Below, piece by piece: positions 18,534 through 28,396 of a stretch of 64,000 bases of DNA (positions within the stretch are counted from its first letter, which is position 1; each line of letters opens with the position of its first letter). Below the pieces are notes generated by a model. It was given only the letters and a program-made list of their open reading frames with translations, was not told the DNA's origin and ran no database searches. The DNA is taken from assembly GCA_964645535.1 (NCBI GenBank), contig CAZYCQ010000006.1, positions 37,583 through 101,582 of the forward strand, written 5' to 3'. Source of the stretch: an uncultured archaeon. Its GTDB lineage: Archaea; Asgardarchaeota; Heimdallarchaeia; Heimdallarchaeales; Kariarchaeaceae. A program made the translations under genes and the position numbers.

Positions 18534-19732
18534 TTCCCGAAAAATTATTCAGAAATCCATTCATGACAGATAGGAGTAAAAACCAAGGGATTTTGATTGG
18601 GGACATGGAAGTTTTGAGCGAGAATGAGCTTCGGTTATATTGTCCATTGAAGTGGCATGAAGGGATTCCTGAAGGCGGAATAGGATTAGGTATTGCAGAC
18701 ATTGATTTCAAGGGACCAGAAGGGATAGTTGAATGGATTTCCTCAAGATTGACGGAAGAATATCATTTCTATCAGAAACGGGAGGGGTTGGATTTTGCCA
18801 TTGAGGCAGTGAAAGAATTTTTGAAGAGGAAGGAAATGGCGAATGCAACGATCCAATTGATACCGGGTACAATGGCAGGAATTTATGCAAGCATGAAATT
18901 TGCGTCTTCAATGGAAGGAGAGGTAGCAATTGTCAATCCAATCTATCCACCAGTGCATTTCCACGCCTCATCGGAAAAAAACAGGATCGCGTGGGTAGGT
19001 CTTGATGACCAATATCGATTGGATCATGACAGCCTTCAGGAAACAGTGTCAACTGATACAAAACTGCTTGGGATTGTTCATCCAAACAATCCAACAGGAA
19101 CAGTTTTCACAGACGAAGATTTTCGATTGATCCGGGATTTGGCAGTTGATTATGACTTTATCTGTTTCTCTGATGAGCTGTATGACCCATTGGCATTTAA
19201 TGGGGCAAAAAAAAGCCTTGGCTCATTTGAAGGGATGGAAAACAGAACAATCACACTCTTCGGTTTTTCCAAGGCCTATGGACTTGCAGGATTGAGAGCA
19301 GGATTTATGGCAATTCAGCTTCAGGATTCAACAAAGATCCAGGAAATTGTGGAGCACCTATTGGTTTCTCCATCTCCTGTAACATCGATAGTGACAGAGT
19401 ATGCATTGAAAGAAGAGAAAGTTTTGAAATGGGTGAAAGATTTCAGGGAGACCATGAGAGTGAATATGGAATTTGCAAGCAAGGTGTTTGATGATGAAGG
19501 TTATAGCTGTCCAAAACCAGATGGCGGGTTGTTTGTCTTTCCAGATATAGGAAAGAAAGATGATGTCAGGTTCTGTGATCAGCTTCTTCGGGAAAAAGGG
19601 GTTGAAGTGGTGCCTGGTTCAAAATTCGGTCCAGATGGAATTGGTCACATCAGGGTGAATTGTGCTACATCGATGGAAAGATTGGAAGATGGAATCGGAA
19701 GAATTATCGAATTTTTGTCTTATGATAAGTAG
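18530..19732 (+). CDS. PLP-dependent class I/II aminotransferase
   Basis: PNNPTG, SDELY, GFSKAYGLAGLRAG. Confidence 0.9.
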   Translation: MIPEKLFRNPFMTDRSKNQGILIGDMEVLSENELRLYCPLKWHEGIPEGGIGLGIADIDFKGPEGIVEWISSRLTEEYHFYQKREGLDFAIEAVKEFLKRKEMANATIQLIPGTMAGIYASMKFASSMEGEVAIVNPIYPPVHFHASSEKNRIAWVGLDDQYRLDHDSLQETVSTDTKLLGIVHPNNPTGTVFTDEDFRLIRDLAVDYDFICFSDELYDPLAFNGAKKSLGSFEGMENRTITLFGFSKAYGLAGLRAGFMAIQLQDSTKIQEIVEHLLVSPSPVTSIVTEYALKEEKVLKWVKDFRETMRVNMEFASKVFDDEGYSCPKPDGGLFVFPDIGKKDDVRFCDQLLREKGVEVVPGSKFGPDGIGHIRVNCATSMERLEDGIGRIIEFLSYDK

Positions 19733-20388
19733 GTAGGAGGATCCTGATCAGACAATTTCAATGTTTTCAGGAAGAGATGAAGGTCTTCACTGAATTTTTC
19801 CGCTTTATCAATTGATTGTTCAAGAATTGAATTGAGATCTTTTGCCAACATGAATTGTTTGAAATCGATTTCCTTGTGGTAGATCTGTTTCATGAAAGCA
19901 CGTTGAGAATCATCCGCCTTGTTTTCCAATTCTTGAACCATTTTCAAGTTTGGAGTTTTTGAATCTTCAATCCATGTAAAAACTTCGGACAGGATGGAAT
20001 GAAGAAAATTCAGCATTTCGTCAAGATGACTTCTTATCCACTCTTCAATGGGGTATAGATCGATTCGATGACCAAATGCTTCAATGGAATCTATCAATGA
20101 TGAAAGACCCCTAGCCATATTGTACAATGATGTTTCCTTGAAAGGAAGGAAGATGCTTTCATTGATGATATTGTTGATCAATTCAATATAACTGTCGTTT
20201 CGTTCAGTCAGCCTAGACAGAAGGTCTTCCAATCCCTCCATGGATTGGTTTTCGATCATTTTCTTGAAATTTTCAACTTCGATAATCAGATTTGAGAGGA
20301 CAAGACCGAAAACATCTATTGTTCTGGCTTCCACAGTTTGATGCAGCAAATCCCTGTTTTCATTGGAGGAATTTTCAACCATACCCAT
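19720..20388 (-). CDS. DUF47/PhoU-like helical protein
   Basis: ELENKADD and LE..IDKAE repeated helical pattern. Confidence 0.6.
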   Translation of the reverse strand: MGMVENSSNENRDLLHQTVEARTIDVFGLVLSNLIIEVENFKKMIENQSMEGLEDLLSRLTERNDSYIELINNIINESIFLPFKETSLYNMARGLSSLIDSIEAFGHRIDLYPIEEWIRSHLDEMLNFLHSILSEVFTWIEDSKTPNLKMVQELENKADDSQRAFMKQIYHKEIDFKQFMLAKDLNSILEQSIDKAEKFSEDLHLFLKTLKLSDQDPPTYLS

Positions 20389-20530
20389 TCTAGACCACCT
20401 GAGATTTAAGGAAAGTGGAAATTGACTGGATTTCCGAGATCTAGAGGCAATTTATTTTGCTTTTTTTTTGAGGATTTCAGGCATTTCCGAAGAACTTACC
20501 CTTATAATCTTGCGATGCATGGTTCGTGAG

Positions 20531-22330
20531 ATGACTTCGCCCCATCTTTCATGGTTTCGGATACAGAAGGAATTGTTCAAGATTTCAAAACCACACATTC
20601 ATCTTTTCATTATCGGCATCATTGCAATGATAGGAGGGGTTCAACTCGGTCTTTTTACAAGTGTTGTATTTGCCTACTTCATCGATGACATAATTGTAGG
20701 TGGCAACAAGGAAAGATTTTGGATTTATCCTGTGGCCTTTATTGGATTGACGTTGCTTCAGAGTGTCTTCAATTACGGCAATAGATATTTCAATGACAAA
20801 GGAGGTTTTGTGACCACATTCGACCTAAGAAACATCATGTTCGAGAAACTTCAGCGACAGTCATTGGCAAAAATGGCAAAGGAGACCCCAGGAGAAATTC
20901 TTGCAAAGATGACCTCCGATATTGAGATAATTAGATCATATCTGTCAAGAAATTTTCGTGTGGGACTGAATGCAATTTATTATTGGGTGAGCATCGGGCT
21001 CACCATTTATCTAATCAATCCAGTCATCCTATTGATTTACCTATTGATATTGCCTTTTCTTCTTACGATTTCAGTATTTTATGGAAGGACAGTTCGCCCA
21101 ATCATCAAGTCAAGGCAGAAGGAATTTGGGAAAATCTCCAATGACATTCAGGAAAAAATTGCAGGAATTGAAATAATCAAAGCATTCGGAACTGAAGAGA
21201 TGGAAACAGAGAAATTCGAACAGAAAGCGCGAAGGTATCTCAGTCTTTTCCTCAAGGCAGTCATTGTTAGGCAGTTGTCCATCCCTTTGGCAGTGTTGTT
21301 CATTTCCATTGCTTCAGTTGCAGTTGTCATGCAAGGAGGGATACTGTTGATCAATAATCCCTCCATCCCATTAACATTGGGAGAATTGATTTTGATCAAC
21401 CTATTCATGCTTCAATTGAGAACACCAACAAGGCTTTTCGGGAATTTTTTGACAGGTATAAATTCAGTGACTGTGGCGGGTCAGAGAATATTTTCATTTA
21501 TTTATGCTGAAGAGGACGTAAAAGATGCTGAGAACGCCACTGAGTTGAAGGTCAAATCCGGAGAAATTGAGTTCGAGAAAGTTTCTTTTGTCTATCCCAA
21601 TGGAAGAAAGGTTCTGGTGGATCTTTCATTCAAGATCGAGGGGGCTTCCACAATTGCCATTCTTGGTCCGTCGGGAAGTGGCAAATCTACACTTGTTCAA
21701 CTCATCCCTCGGTTCTATGATCCAACACAGGGAAGCATCAGCATTGATGGAGTGAATATCAAGGAAGTCACGCTTGAATCCTTAAGGAGAAATATTGGGT
21801 TTGTCGCTCAAGAAACCTATCTTTTTTCTCGAACCATCAGAGAAAACATTGCATTTGGAAAGCCTGACGCGACTATGGAGGAGGTTATTGAGGCTGCCAA
21901 GTTGGCAAAAGCCCATGATTTCATTGAAAAACTGCCAAACGGATATGAAACGATAATTGGTGAGAGGGGGATTACTCTCTCAGGAGGTCAGCAACAGCGG
22001 ATTGCGATTGCTCGAGCCCTGCTGACCAAGCCAAAAATTCTGATTTTTGATGATAGTACAAGCTCAGTCGATGCTCAAACGGAACATGAGCTCCAGCAAG
22101 AAATTTCAACCCTTTTTGAAGGGCGAACCATAATCATAGTCACTCAAAAGTTATCCTCCATTCGTTATGCAGACAAAATTTTGGTTTTAGATGATGGGTA
22201 TCTAGTGGAATATGGGACACATGATGAACTCATGAAAAACAGGAAAATTTACCATGAAATATTCCAAGTTCAGAGTTCAATTGAATTGGAGGAAGAAAGA
22301 TTGCATCTTCTAAAGGAGGGAATGAAATAA
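20531..22330 (+). CDS. ABC exporter TMD-NBD subunit (degenerate nucleotide site)
   Basis: GPSGSGKS, LSGGQ, Walker B IFDD, switch Q; start moved to ATG 20531. Confidence 0.9.
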   Translation: MTSPHLSWFRIQKELFKISKPHIHLFIIGIIAMIGGVQLGLFTSVVFAYFIDDIIVGGNKERFWIYPVAFIGLTLLQSVFNYGNRYFNDKGGFVTTFDLRNIMFEKLQRQSLAKMAKETPGEILAKMTSDIEIIRSYLSRNFRVGLNAIYYWVSIGLTIYLINPVILLIYLLILPFLLTISVFYGRTVRPIIKSRQKEFGKISNDIQEKIAGIEIIKAFGTEEMETEKFEQKARRYLSLFLKAVIVRQLSIPLAVLFISIASVAVVMQGGILLINNPSIPLTLGELILINLFMLQLRTPTRLFGNFLTGINSVTVAGQRIFSFIYAEEDVKDAENATELKVKSGEIEFEKVSFVYPNGRKVLVDLSFKIEGASTIAILGPSGSGKSTLVQLIPRFYDPTQGSISIDGVNIKEVTLESLRRNIGFVAQETYLFSRTIRENIAFGKPDATMEEVIEAAKLAKAHDFIEKLPNGYETIIGERGITLSGGQQQRIAIARALLTKPKILIFDDSTSSVDAQTEHELQQEISTLFEGRTIIIVTQKLSSIRYADKILVLDDGYLVEYGTHDELMKNRKIYHEIFQVQSSIELEEERLHLLKEGMK

Positions 22331-24126
22331 TGCATTTTGGAAACTCCTCGGATAGAAGGGAACATGGAACGGATGCTTCAGACTGGGAATTGCTGAAATT
22401 CAGTATGGGATATGTCAAGGATCACAAATACAAGGCCATTACAGCCTTGGTCGTGGTGATACTCAGTGTTTTAATAAATTTGCTCCCGGAGCTGTTCCTG
22501 AAAAAAATATTTGATGAGGACATTCCCAATGGAAATGTGGGAGCAATTCTTTCAGATGGAGGGATCATGATAGGATTGTATGTATTTTCGTGGATTTTGG
22601 GTTTTCTTAATGCGTACCTGATCACCTATATCGGTCAGGGGTCGACTTTCCGAATGCGTACAGACATGTTTCAGAAACTGATGAAACAATCAATGAAATA
22701 TTTTGAGACACATAAATCAGGTCAGATCAACTCTAGGATAACCAATGATGTCAACACCCTGTCAAATTTCCTTGGAAGTTCGTTCATTGACATCGTTTCT
22801 GCTGTTCTCCAGTTGATAGGCATTGTGTCCATCATGATTTTTTTGGACGTTGAATTGGGCATGATCAGTCTTTCAATCATCCCTCTTATGATTGTTCTGG
22901 CCATTTTCATAAGGGGGCCGATAAGAAGGATTTCCCAAAAGAGGCGCCAATCCGTTGCAGAGGTAACATCAAATCTTGCTGAAAATATTTCCGGACAAAA
23001 GGTATCAAAAGCTTTTGCCCGTGAAAAAGAAAACACAAAGGAGTTTGAAAAGGTCAACCGGAGGAATCTTGAGGTTCACATGAAAGCGACATCACTTTTT
23101 GCCTTAATTCAACCGCTTTTTGTGGTGATTGGATCGTTAAGCACTGTGATTCTTATGACCTATACAGGATTAAATCCATCAAAATATTCTGTTGGCACAG
23201 TTGTCACCTTCAATGCCTATCTGAGCAGGTTTTTCTTTCCAGTGATCATTTTGACGATGTTTTACAGCAATTATCAATCAGCTCTTGCATCACTTGAAAG
23301 GATCTATATCTTCCTTTCAGAACCGGTTGAGATTGAGGACAAGGTCAACTCCTCCCCCCTTAAGGTTGGAAAAGGAGAGATTGTGTTTGAGGATGTGGAT
23401 TTTGGATATTCGCCAGACTTACTGATATTCCAAGGACTTTCTCTAAAGATTGAAGGAGGGAAAAGAACTGCGATTGTTGGGTCTACGGGAGCGGGCAAAT
23501 CAACATTAATCAAACTTATTGTCCGGTTCTATGATCCATTAGTCGGAAGAGTAATGATCGATGGTCAGGATCTGACAGAAGTGGCATTGAAATCGATCAG
23601 GGAACAGATAGGATTGATTCCTCAAAGACCATTTCTTTTCAAGGGGACAATTTATGAAAATCTTACATATGGTACGACAATGGTTTCCCAAGAGACTGTT
23701 GAAGAGGTGGCTGAACTCATTGGATTGAAGCCGTTGATTTCGAATCTTCCGAATGGATATGAAACGATGATCGAAGAGGGAGGGGAATCATTATCTTTAG
23801 GGCAACGACAATTGATTGCATTTGGAAGGGTATTGATACATAATCCGAAAATCTTAATATTGGATGAGGCTACAAGCTCAATGGATTCAATTTCCGAATT
23901 GAAGATCCAGAAGGCGCTTGATCTGGTGAGCAGGGATCGTACAACGGTCATTATCGCTCACCGATTATCGACAATCAAATCCGCAGATAGGATTTTGGTG
24001 ATTGAAGAGGGAAGGATCATCGAGGATGGAACCCATTTATCCCTGTTGGAAAAGAGAGGACGTTATTTGGAGCTTTACAAAAAACAATTGCAACAGACGG
24101 AAGTTCATCAAATAACAGACGAATAA
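22330..24126 (+). CDS. ABC exporter TMD-NBD subunit (partner of heterodimer)
   Basis: GSTGAGKS, LSLGQ, ILDEATS, AHRL; overlaps the previous stop codon. Confidence 0.9.
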   Translation: MHFGNSSDRREHGTDASDWELLKFSMGYVKDHKYKAITALVVVILSVLINLLPELFLKKIFDEDIPNGNVGAILSDGGIMIGLYVFSWILGFLNAYLITYIGQGSTFRMRTDMFQKLMKQSMKYFETHKSGQINSRITNDVNTLSNFLGSSFIDIVSAVLQLIGIVSIMIFLDVELGMISLSIIPLMIVLAIFIRGPIRRISQKRRQSVAEVTSNLAENISGQKVSKAFAREKENTKEFEKVNRRNLEVHMKATSLFALIQPLFVVIGSLSTVILMTYTGLNPSKYSVGTVVTFNAYLSRFFFPVIILTMFYSNYQSALASLERIYIFLSEPVEIEDKVNSSPLKVGKGEIVFEDVDFGYSPDLLIFQGLSLKIEGGKRTAIVGSTGAGKSTLIKLIVRFYDPLVGRVMIDGQDLTEVALKSIREQIGLIPQRPFLFKGTIYENLTYGTTMVSQETVEEVAELIGLKPLISNLPNGYETMIEEGGESLSLGQRQLIAFGRVLIHNPKILILDEATSSMDSISELKIQKALDLVSRDRTTVIIAHRLSTIKSADRILVIEEGRIIEDGTHLSLLEKRGRYLELYKKQLQQTEVHQITDE

Positions 24127-24196
24127 GCTACGCGAGGCAGTGAACCTTTAGTAGTGCTTTTTAATAATGGTGAAAATGGGAAGTTAGGAGAATAAA

Positions 24197-24358
24197 ATGC
24201 CAGTTGCAAATCCCGTACATAGAGAAATAGCAAGAAGCGTTTTGGTTGACAAATGGGTATGCCGCAAATGCTATGCTTCTAATCCTATTGGAGCACGCAG
24301 ATGCAGGAAGAAGAGGTGCAGATCACCCAATCTGAGACCCAAGAAATACAAGACATAA
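24197..24358 (+). CDS. rpl40e: Ribosomal protein L40e
   Basis: Not in ORF track (53 aa): MPVANPVHREIARSVLVDKWVCRKCYASNPIGARRCRKKRCRSPNLRPKKYKT; SD AGGAG. Confidence 0.93.
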   Translation: MPVANPVHREIARSVLVDKWVCRKCYASNPIGARRCRKKRCRSPNLRPKKYKT

Positions 24359-24371
24359 TCAGGTTTCATAC

Positions 24372-25364
24372 ATGTTGAAGTTTGTCGACCTATTTTCTGG
24401 TGGTGGCGGCTCTTCAGCAGGTTACCACATGGCAGGACTAAAAACAGCTTTTGCAATAGATAGTGAATACCACTGTGTTCAAACATATCGTGCAAATTTC
24501 GGAGATGTCATAGTTCATGGAGATGTCAGCAAACTCCATTCCTATGCCATTTTAGATCGTATAGGAAATGAGAGACCATTCTTAGTCAATGCATCTCCCC
24601 CTTGTGAACCCTACACGACGGCAAATAGCAAACGTGTCAAGGATCCATATATGAGAATGTTTGACGATCCCACAGGCAGATTGATGATTCATGCCATCAG
24701 ATTAATTGGAGATTTGGAACCGGAATATTATGTCATAGAAAATGTGATGGGGATTCTCGAAGGGGAAAATGCGGATTTGATTGCGGATGAGTTTGAACGG
24801 TTGGGTTACAATCGTCCTTATTTCAATGTAATTGAGGCTCATGAATGGGGGGTGCCGTCCCGACGAACGCGTGTCTTCATTTCGAATGTCAAGCTCAAAT
24901 CACCTAGATTACCACTTCAGACGGTTCGTGATGCCATCGGGGATTTGCCTCCACCTCAATACCCAAATGATTATTCATGGCATGAATTCATCCCCCTTCC
25001 ATCCAAACATACCCACAAGGTTGTTGGATTAACTGAAGGGCAGGGACTGGTATTTTTCAGGGGAGCCAAGCGAGACCACAAGAATTTCATACGGCTAAGT
25101 TTTGATAAGGTTGGGGAGGTTGTCATGGGAAAATCAAGATTTGTACATCCCACCGAAGATCGACTATTGACACCTCGGGAACATGCACGGCTTATGACTT
25201 TTCCAGACAGCCATAAATTGGTCGGAAGTCTTGAAGAGGTATATGACATAGTGGGTGAAGCAGTTCCAAGCCAAGTAGCATTTCAGATTGCCCGACAACT
25301 ATTGGAACATTATGGGATTAAACAAGAGGAAATCGAAGCCAACATGTCATTCTCTGGAAAATAG
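24372..25364 (+). CDS. C5 cytosine methyltransferase (orphan)
   Basis: DLFSGGGG, SPPC, ENV, R.RVF, TPREHARLM.FP, GEAVP. Confidence 0.88.
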   Translation: MLKFVDLFSGGGGSSAGYHMAGLKTAFAIDSEYHCVQTYRANFGDVIVHGDVSKLHSYAILDRIGNERPFLVNASPPCEPYTTANSKRVKDPYMRMFDDPTGRLMIHAIRLIGDLEPEYYVIENVMGILEGENADLIADEFERLGYNRPYFNVIEAHEWGVPSRRTRVFISNVKLKSPRLPLQTVRDAIGDLPPPQYPNDYSWHEFIPLPSKHTHKVVGLTEGQGLVFFRGAKRDHKNFIRLSFDKVGEVVMGKSRFVHPTEDRLLTPREHARLMTFPDSHKLVGSLEEVYDIVGEAVPSQVAFQIARQLLEHYGIKQEEIEANMSFSGK

Positions 25365-25404
25365 ATTTAAAATCTCCACAGAAAAATAAACATGGGTAAA
25401 GTAA

Positions 25405-27639
25405 ATGGGAAGAAGCTATTCCAATGCAGATATTGACCAACTCCTTCTAGGGGAAGGGGAATCGATGACCGGTGACATGGGGATGTTTTTCCTGAAGGGG
25501 TGCCTTGAATCTGGAATTAGTTATGCCGCAGGATATCCAGGGGCACCAACTTCGAATGTCATGGATCTTTTGGGAGATGCCCAGAATAGAGTTCTTGAGA
25601 AATATGGAATTTATTTTGAACCTTCGATTAATGAAGCTGCCGCTGCCACAAAGCTATATCTTTCAATCAATGAACCAATACGGGGTTTTGTCAATTGGAA
25701 AGTTGTTGGAACCAATGTAGCTTCTGATGTGCTTGCACATATTAGTTCAAGCGGTGTCAAAGGTGGAGCGATTGTCCTTATTGGAGAGGACGAAGAATGC
25801 ATTTCAACCACGGTTCAGATGAAAAGCCATGTTTATGCCAAAGGGTTTTTCCTTCCAATAATTGATCCGATAGCCTCTCCGGAACATATTCTTCAAATCA
25901 CGAAAAAAGCCTTTCAATTGTCGGAAGCATGCAATCAACCAGTAATGATGCTGTTCAGATCCTTGAGCAGCAACATGATCGGAACTTCCTTGGTTGGAGA
26001 TAATGTAGGTCCTTCAATTTCCATCAATAAGAGAAAGAAGGATTTTCAACCGGATCTCTCTAGAGTACCCATTCCACCGGATACCTTGATTCATGCCAAA
26101 GAGAAATACAAAGCTAGGAAACCCAAGGCGATACAGTTTATTCGGGAAAACAAACTTAATAGGTTAGACAAGGGCAAACAGACCTCAAGAATAGGGATTA
26201 TCACCCATGGAGGGGTTTTCAATTCTCTATTGACTACATTGACTGAATTAGGGTTGGCAAATATTCTCGGAGAAGTTGCAATTGACTTGCTTACATTGAA
26301 TGTAATCTTCCCATTGGATCCTGAGGAAATCAAGTCATTCCTGGAAGGGAAAGAAACTGTTTTGGTTGTGGAACAAGGTGAACCCAATTTTATTGAACAG
26401 GAAGTCAAGAATATTGCTTATGATCTTGGTTTGCCTGTGAAGATATTCGGAAAGGAAGGAAACAATTTTCAGAAAGGCTATATCCCACAGACGGATGCCC
26501 TGAATTTTGATAATTTGCTGATACCCATTGCGACTTTCCTACTTGAAAATGTCCCAATGAATGGATATGGGAAGGTCGTTTCAAAAATAGTTGAGGCCAA
26601 ACGCAAGATCGATGAGGAAATTGCTGAAGAAATTCTTACCAAATGGTTGCCACGTTCCCCTTCATTTTGTACGGGATGTCCAGAACGTCCAGTTTTTGCT
26701 TCTTTGAAAAGGGCAGAGGAAGAGTTGGACACAAGATTCATAAGACTGATTGACATCGGTTGTTACACCATGGCCAAACTTCCTCCTTTCAATATGAGTG
26801 ATTCGTGTACGGGTATGGGATCTGCATTGGATGTAGGAATGGGCATGGCCAATCTATATGATCGGCCGATTGTTGTGGTATTTGGAGACGGAACCCTTTT
26901 CCATGGAGGGTTCAGAAACATCGACAATGCCATCCACAACAATTTGAATCAGATCTACAGAGAACACGGTCTGAAACGTGGAGAAGCCAACATCCTTCTT
27001 TTCATCCTTCTGAATTATCATACAGCAATGACAGGAGATCAGGAAAATCCCATGACTGTATATGATATGGCGGAAGTATTGGGAGGTTCGAAGAAAAACG
27101 TTGGAATCAATATGAGAGGAGAAGCCGTTCCCCGGGTTGATTTATCAAATGTTTTCAAAGCACATGGAGCAAAATGGGTTAAGACTATTCCTTCCTATAA
27201 TATGCATGAAATGAAAGAGACGATCAAGAAAGCATTGAACGAACCTGGGTTGAAAATTATTGTTTCTGATGGCGAATGCATGCTTGAAAAACAAAGAACG
27301 TTAAGAAGAGTAAATGCAAAGAAGTTGAAGGATGGAAAGAAGGTAATTCAACCAAAAGTTCAAGTCGATCCACGGCTCTGCCAAGGATGTTGGCCTTGTT
27401 CAGAATATATTGGCTGTCCCAGTGAAACCAAGGTCAAATCTGAAAATCCGCTTAGAAAAGGAACGATAAGAAGGATGGATGAGACCTGTGTGGGATGTGG
27501 GGTATGTTCTGAGGTTACCCAAACCTTTGGACTCTGCCCCAGTACGTATAATGAATATTACATATCGAATCCTTCAATCATCGATCGCTTAAGGGCAAAA
27601 TTGAGTTATGGATTAATTTCTGTTTTCAGGAAAATATAA
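25405..27639 (+). CDS. iorA: Indolepyruvate:ferredoxin oxidoreductase alpha subunit
   Basis: GYPGAP, NEAAA, FCTGCPER, DIGCY, GDGT TPP motif, C-terminal ferredoxin Cys clusters. Confidence 0.85.
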   Translation: MGRSYSNADIDQLLLGEGESMTGDMGMFFLKGCLESGISYAAGYPGAPTSNVMDLLGDAQNRVLEKYGIYFEPSINEAAAATKLYLSINEPIRGFVNWKVVGTNVASDVLAHISSSGVKGGAIVLIGEDEECISTTVQMKSHVYAKGFFLPIIDPIASPEHILQITKKAFQLSEACNQPVMMLFRSLSSNMIGTSLVGDNVGPSISINKRKKDFQPDLSRVPIPPDTLIHAKEKYKARKPKAIQFIRENKLNRLDKGKQTSRIGIITHGGVFNSLLTTLTELGLANILGEVAIDLLTLNVIFPLDPEEIKSFLEGKETVLVVEQGEPNFIEQEVKNIAYDLGLPVKIFGKEGNNFQKGYIPQTDALNFDNLLIPIATFLLENVPMNGYGKVVSKIVEAKRKIDEEIAEEILTKWLPRSPSFCTGCPERPVFASLKRAEEELDTRFIRLIDIGCYTMAKLPPFNMSDSCTGMGSALDVGMGMANLYDRPIVVVFGDGTLFHGGFRNIDNAIHNNLNQIYREHGLKRGEANILLFILLNYHTAMTGDQENPMTVYDMAEVLGGSKKNVGINMRGEAVPRVDLSNVFKAHGAKWVKTIPSYNMHEMKETIKKALNEPGLKIIVSDGECMLEKQRTLRRVNAKKLKDGKKVIQPKVQVDPRLCQGCWPCSEYIGCPSETKVKSENPLRKGTIRRMDETCVGCGVCSEVTQTFGLCPSTYNEYYISNPSIIDRLRAKLSYGLISVFRKI

Positions 27640-27692
27640 AGAAGACAAAAGCCACCAATACCATTAAATCCCGAATCTCTGAAACAACAAAT

Positions 27693-28082
27693 ATGATAGA
27701 AAGGATTCCTCCAGTCATTCTTGTCGGGATTGGTGGTCTTTTTGGTGCAATCTCACGATATCTGGTGTCTGGATTTTTCAAAAACTATGTGGATTTTCCT
27801 TTGGGAACACTTGTCGTGAATGTTCTGGGATCATTCCTTTTGAGCTACATGGTCACATTGAATCGAATGAATCTTTTTGATCCAACTTGGTTGATATTTC
27901 TAGGGACAGGATTTATGGGAAGTTTCACCACTATGTCCACCTTTGTTGTTGAGACTATGAGTTTTTCAGGGTCATCTCTGAAAACCGGTGCATTCAATTT
28001 GTTGATTACATTGATTATGGTTTTTCTAGGAGGATTCCTAGGACAGGCAGTTGCAGTTCAGCAGATCAGGAGGATTCTTTGA
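27693..28082 (+). CDS. crcB: Fluoride channel Fluc/CrcB
   Basis: GGLFGAISRY, GTLVVNVLGSF, GFMGSFTTMSTF. Confidence 0.92.
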   Translation: MIERIPPVILVGIGGLFGAISRYLVSGFFKNYVDFPLGTLVVNVLGSFLLSYMVTLNRMNLFDPTWLIFLGTGFMGSFTTMSTFVVETMSFSGSSLKTGAFNLLITLIMVFLGGFLGQAVAVQQIRRIL

Positions 28083-28396
28083 TGGAACTCAGGAAAATGC
28101 TCAGAGTGATTATCAGGCTACCAGGGGGAAAAAAATCCAAGGGGAGCCACAGTCTGGTCAAGGAAGTCCTCAAATTATGCAAAGAAGAGGGAATCATTGG
28201 AGCCACAGTCATTCAATCAATTTATGGATATGGGGACAAGGATTATGAGATCAGTATCTTGAGAGGCATCGGAGACCTTCCTCAAGTAATCGAGATAGTG
28301 GATGAACCAATTGTGATTAGAACCTTGCTACCTAAGTTGAAAGAATTGATAGAAAGTACAGGTTTGATCACCATAGATGAGGTATATTCGATTTAA
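28079..28396 (+). CDS. DUF190 domain protein
   Basis: GATV...IYGYG and DLP.VIEIVD; usual crcB neighbour. Confidence 0.85.
   Translation: MMELRKMLRVIIRLPGGKKSKGSHSLVKEVLKLCKEEGIIGATVIQSIYGYGDKDYEISILRGIGDLPQVIEIVDEPIVIRTLLPKLKELIESTGLITIDEVYSI

Noticed and set aside
24372-25364. Calling the methyltransferase Dnmt2
   Set aside because: Diagnostic CFT motif absent
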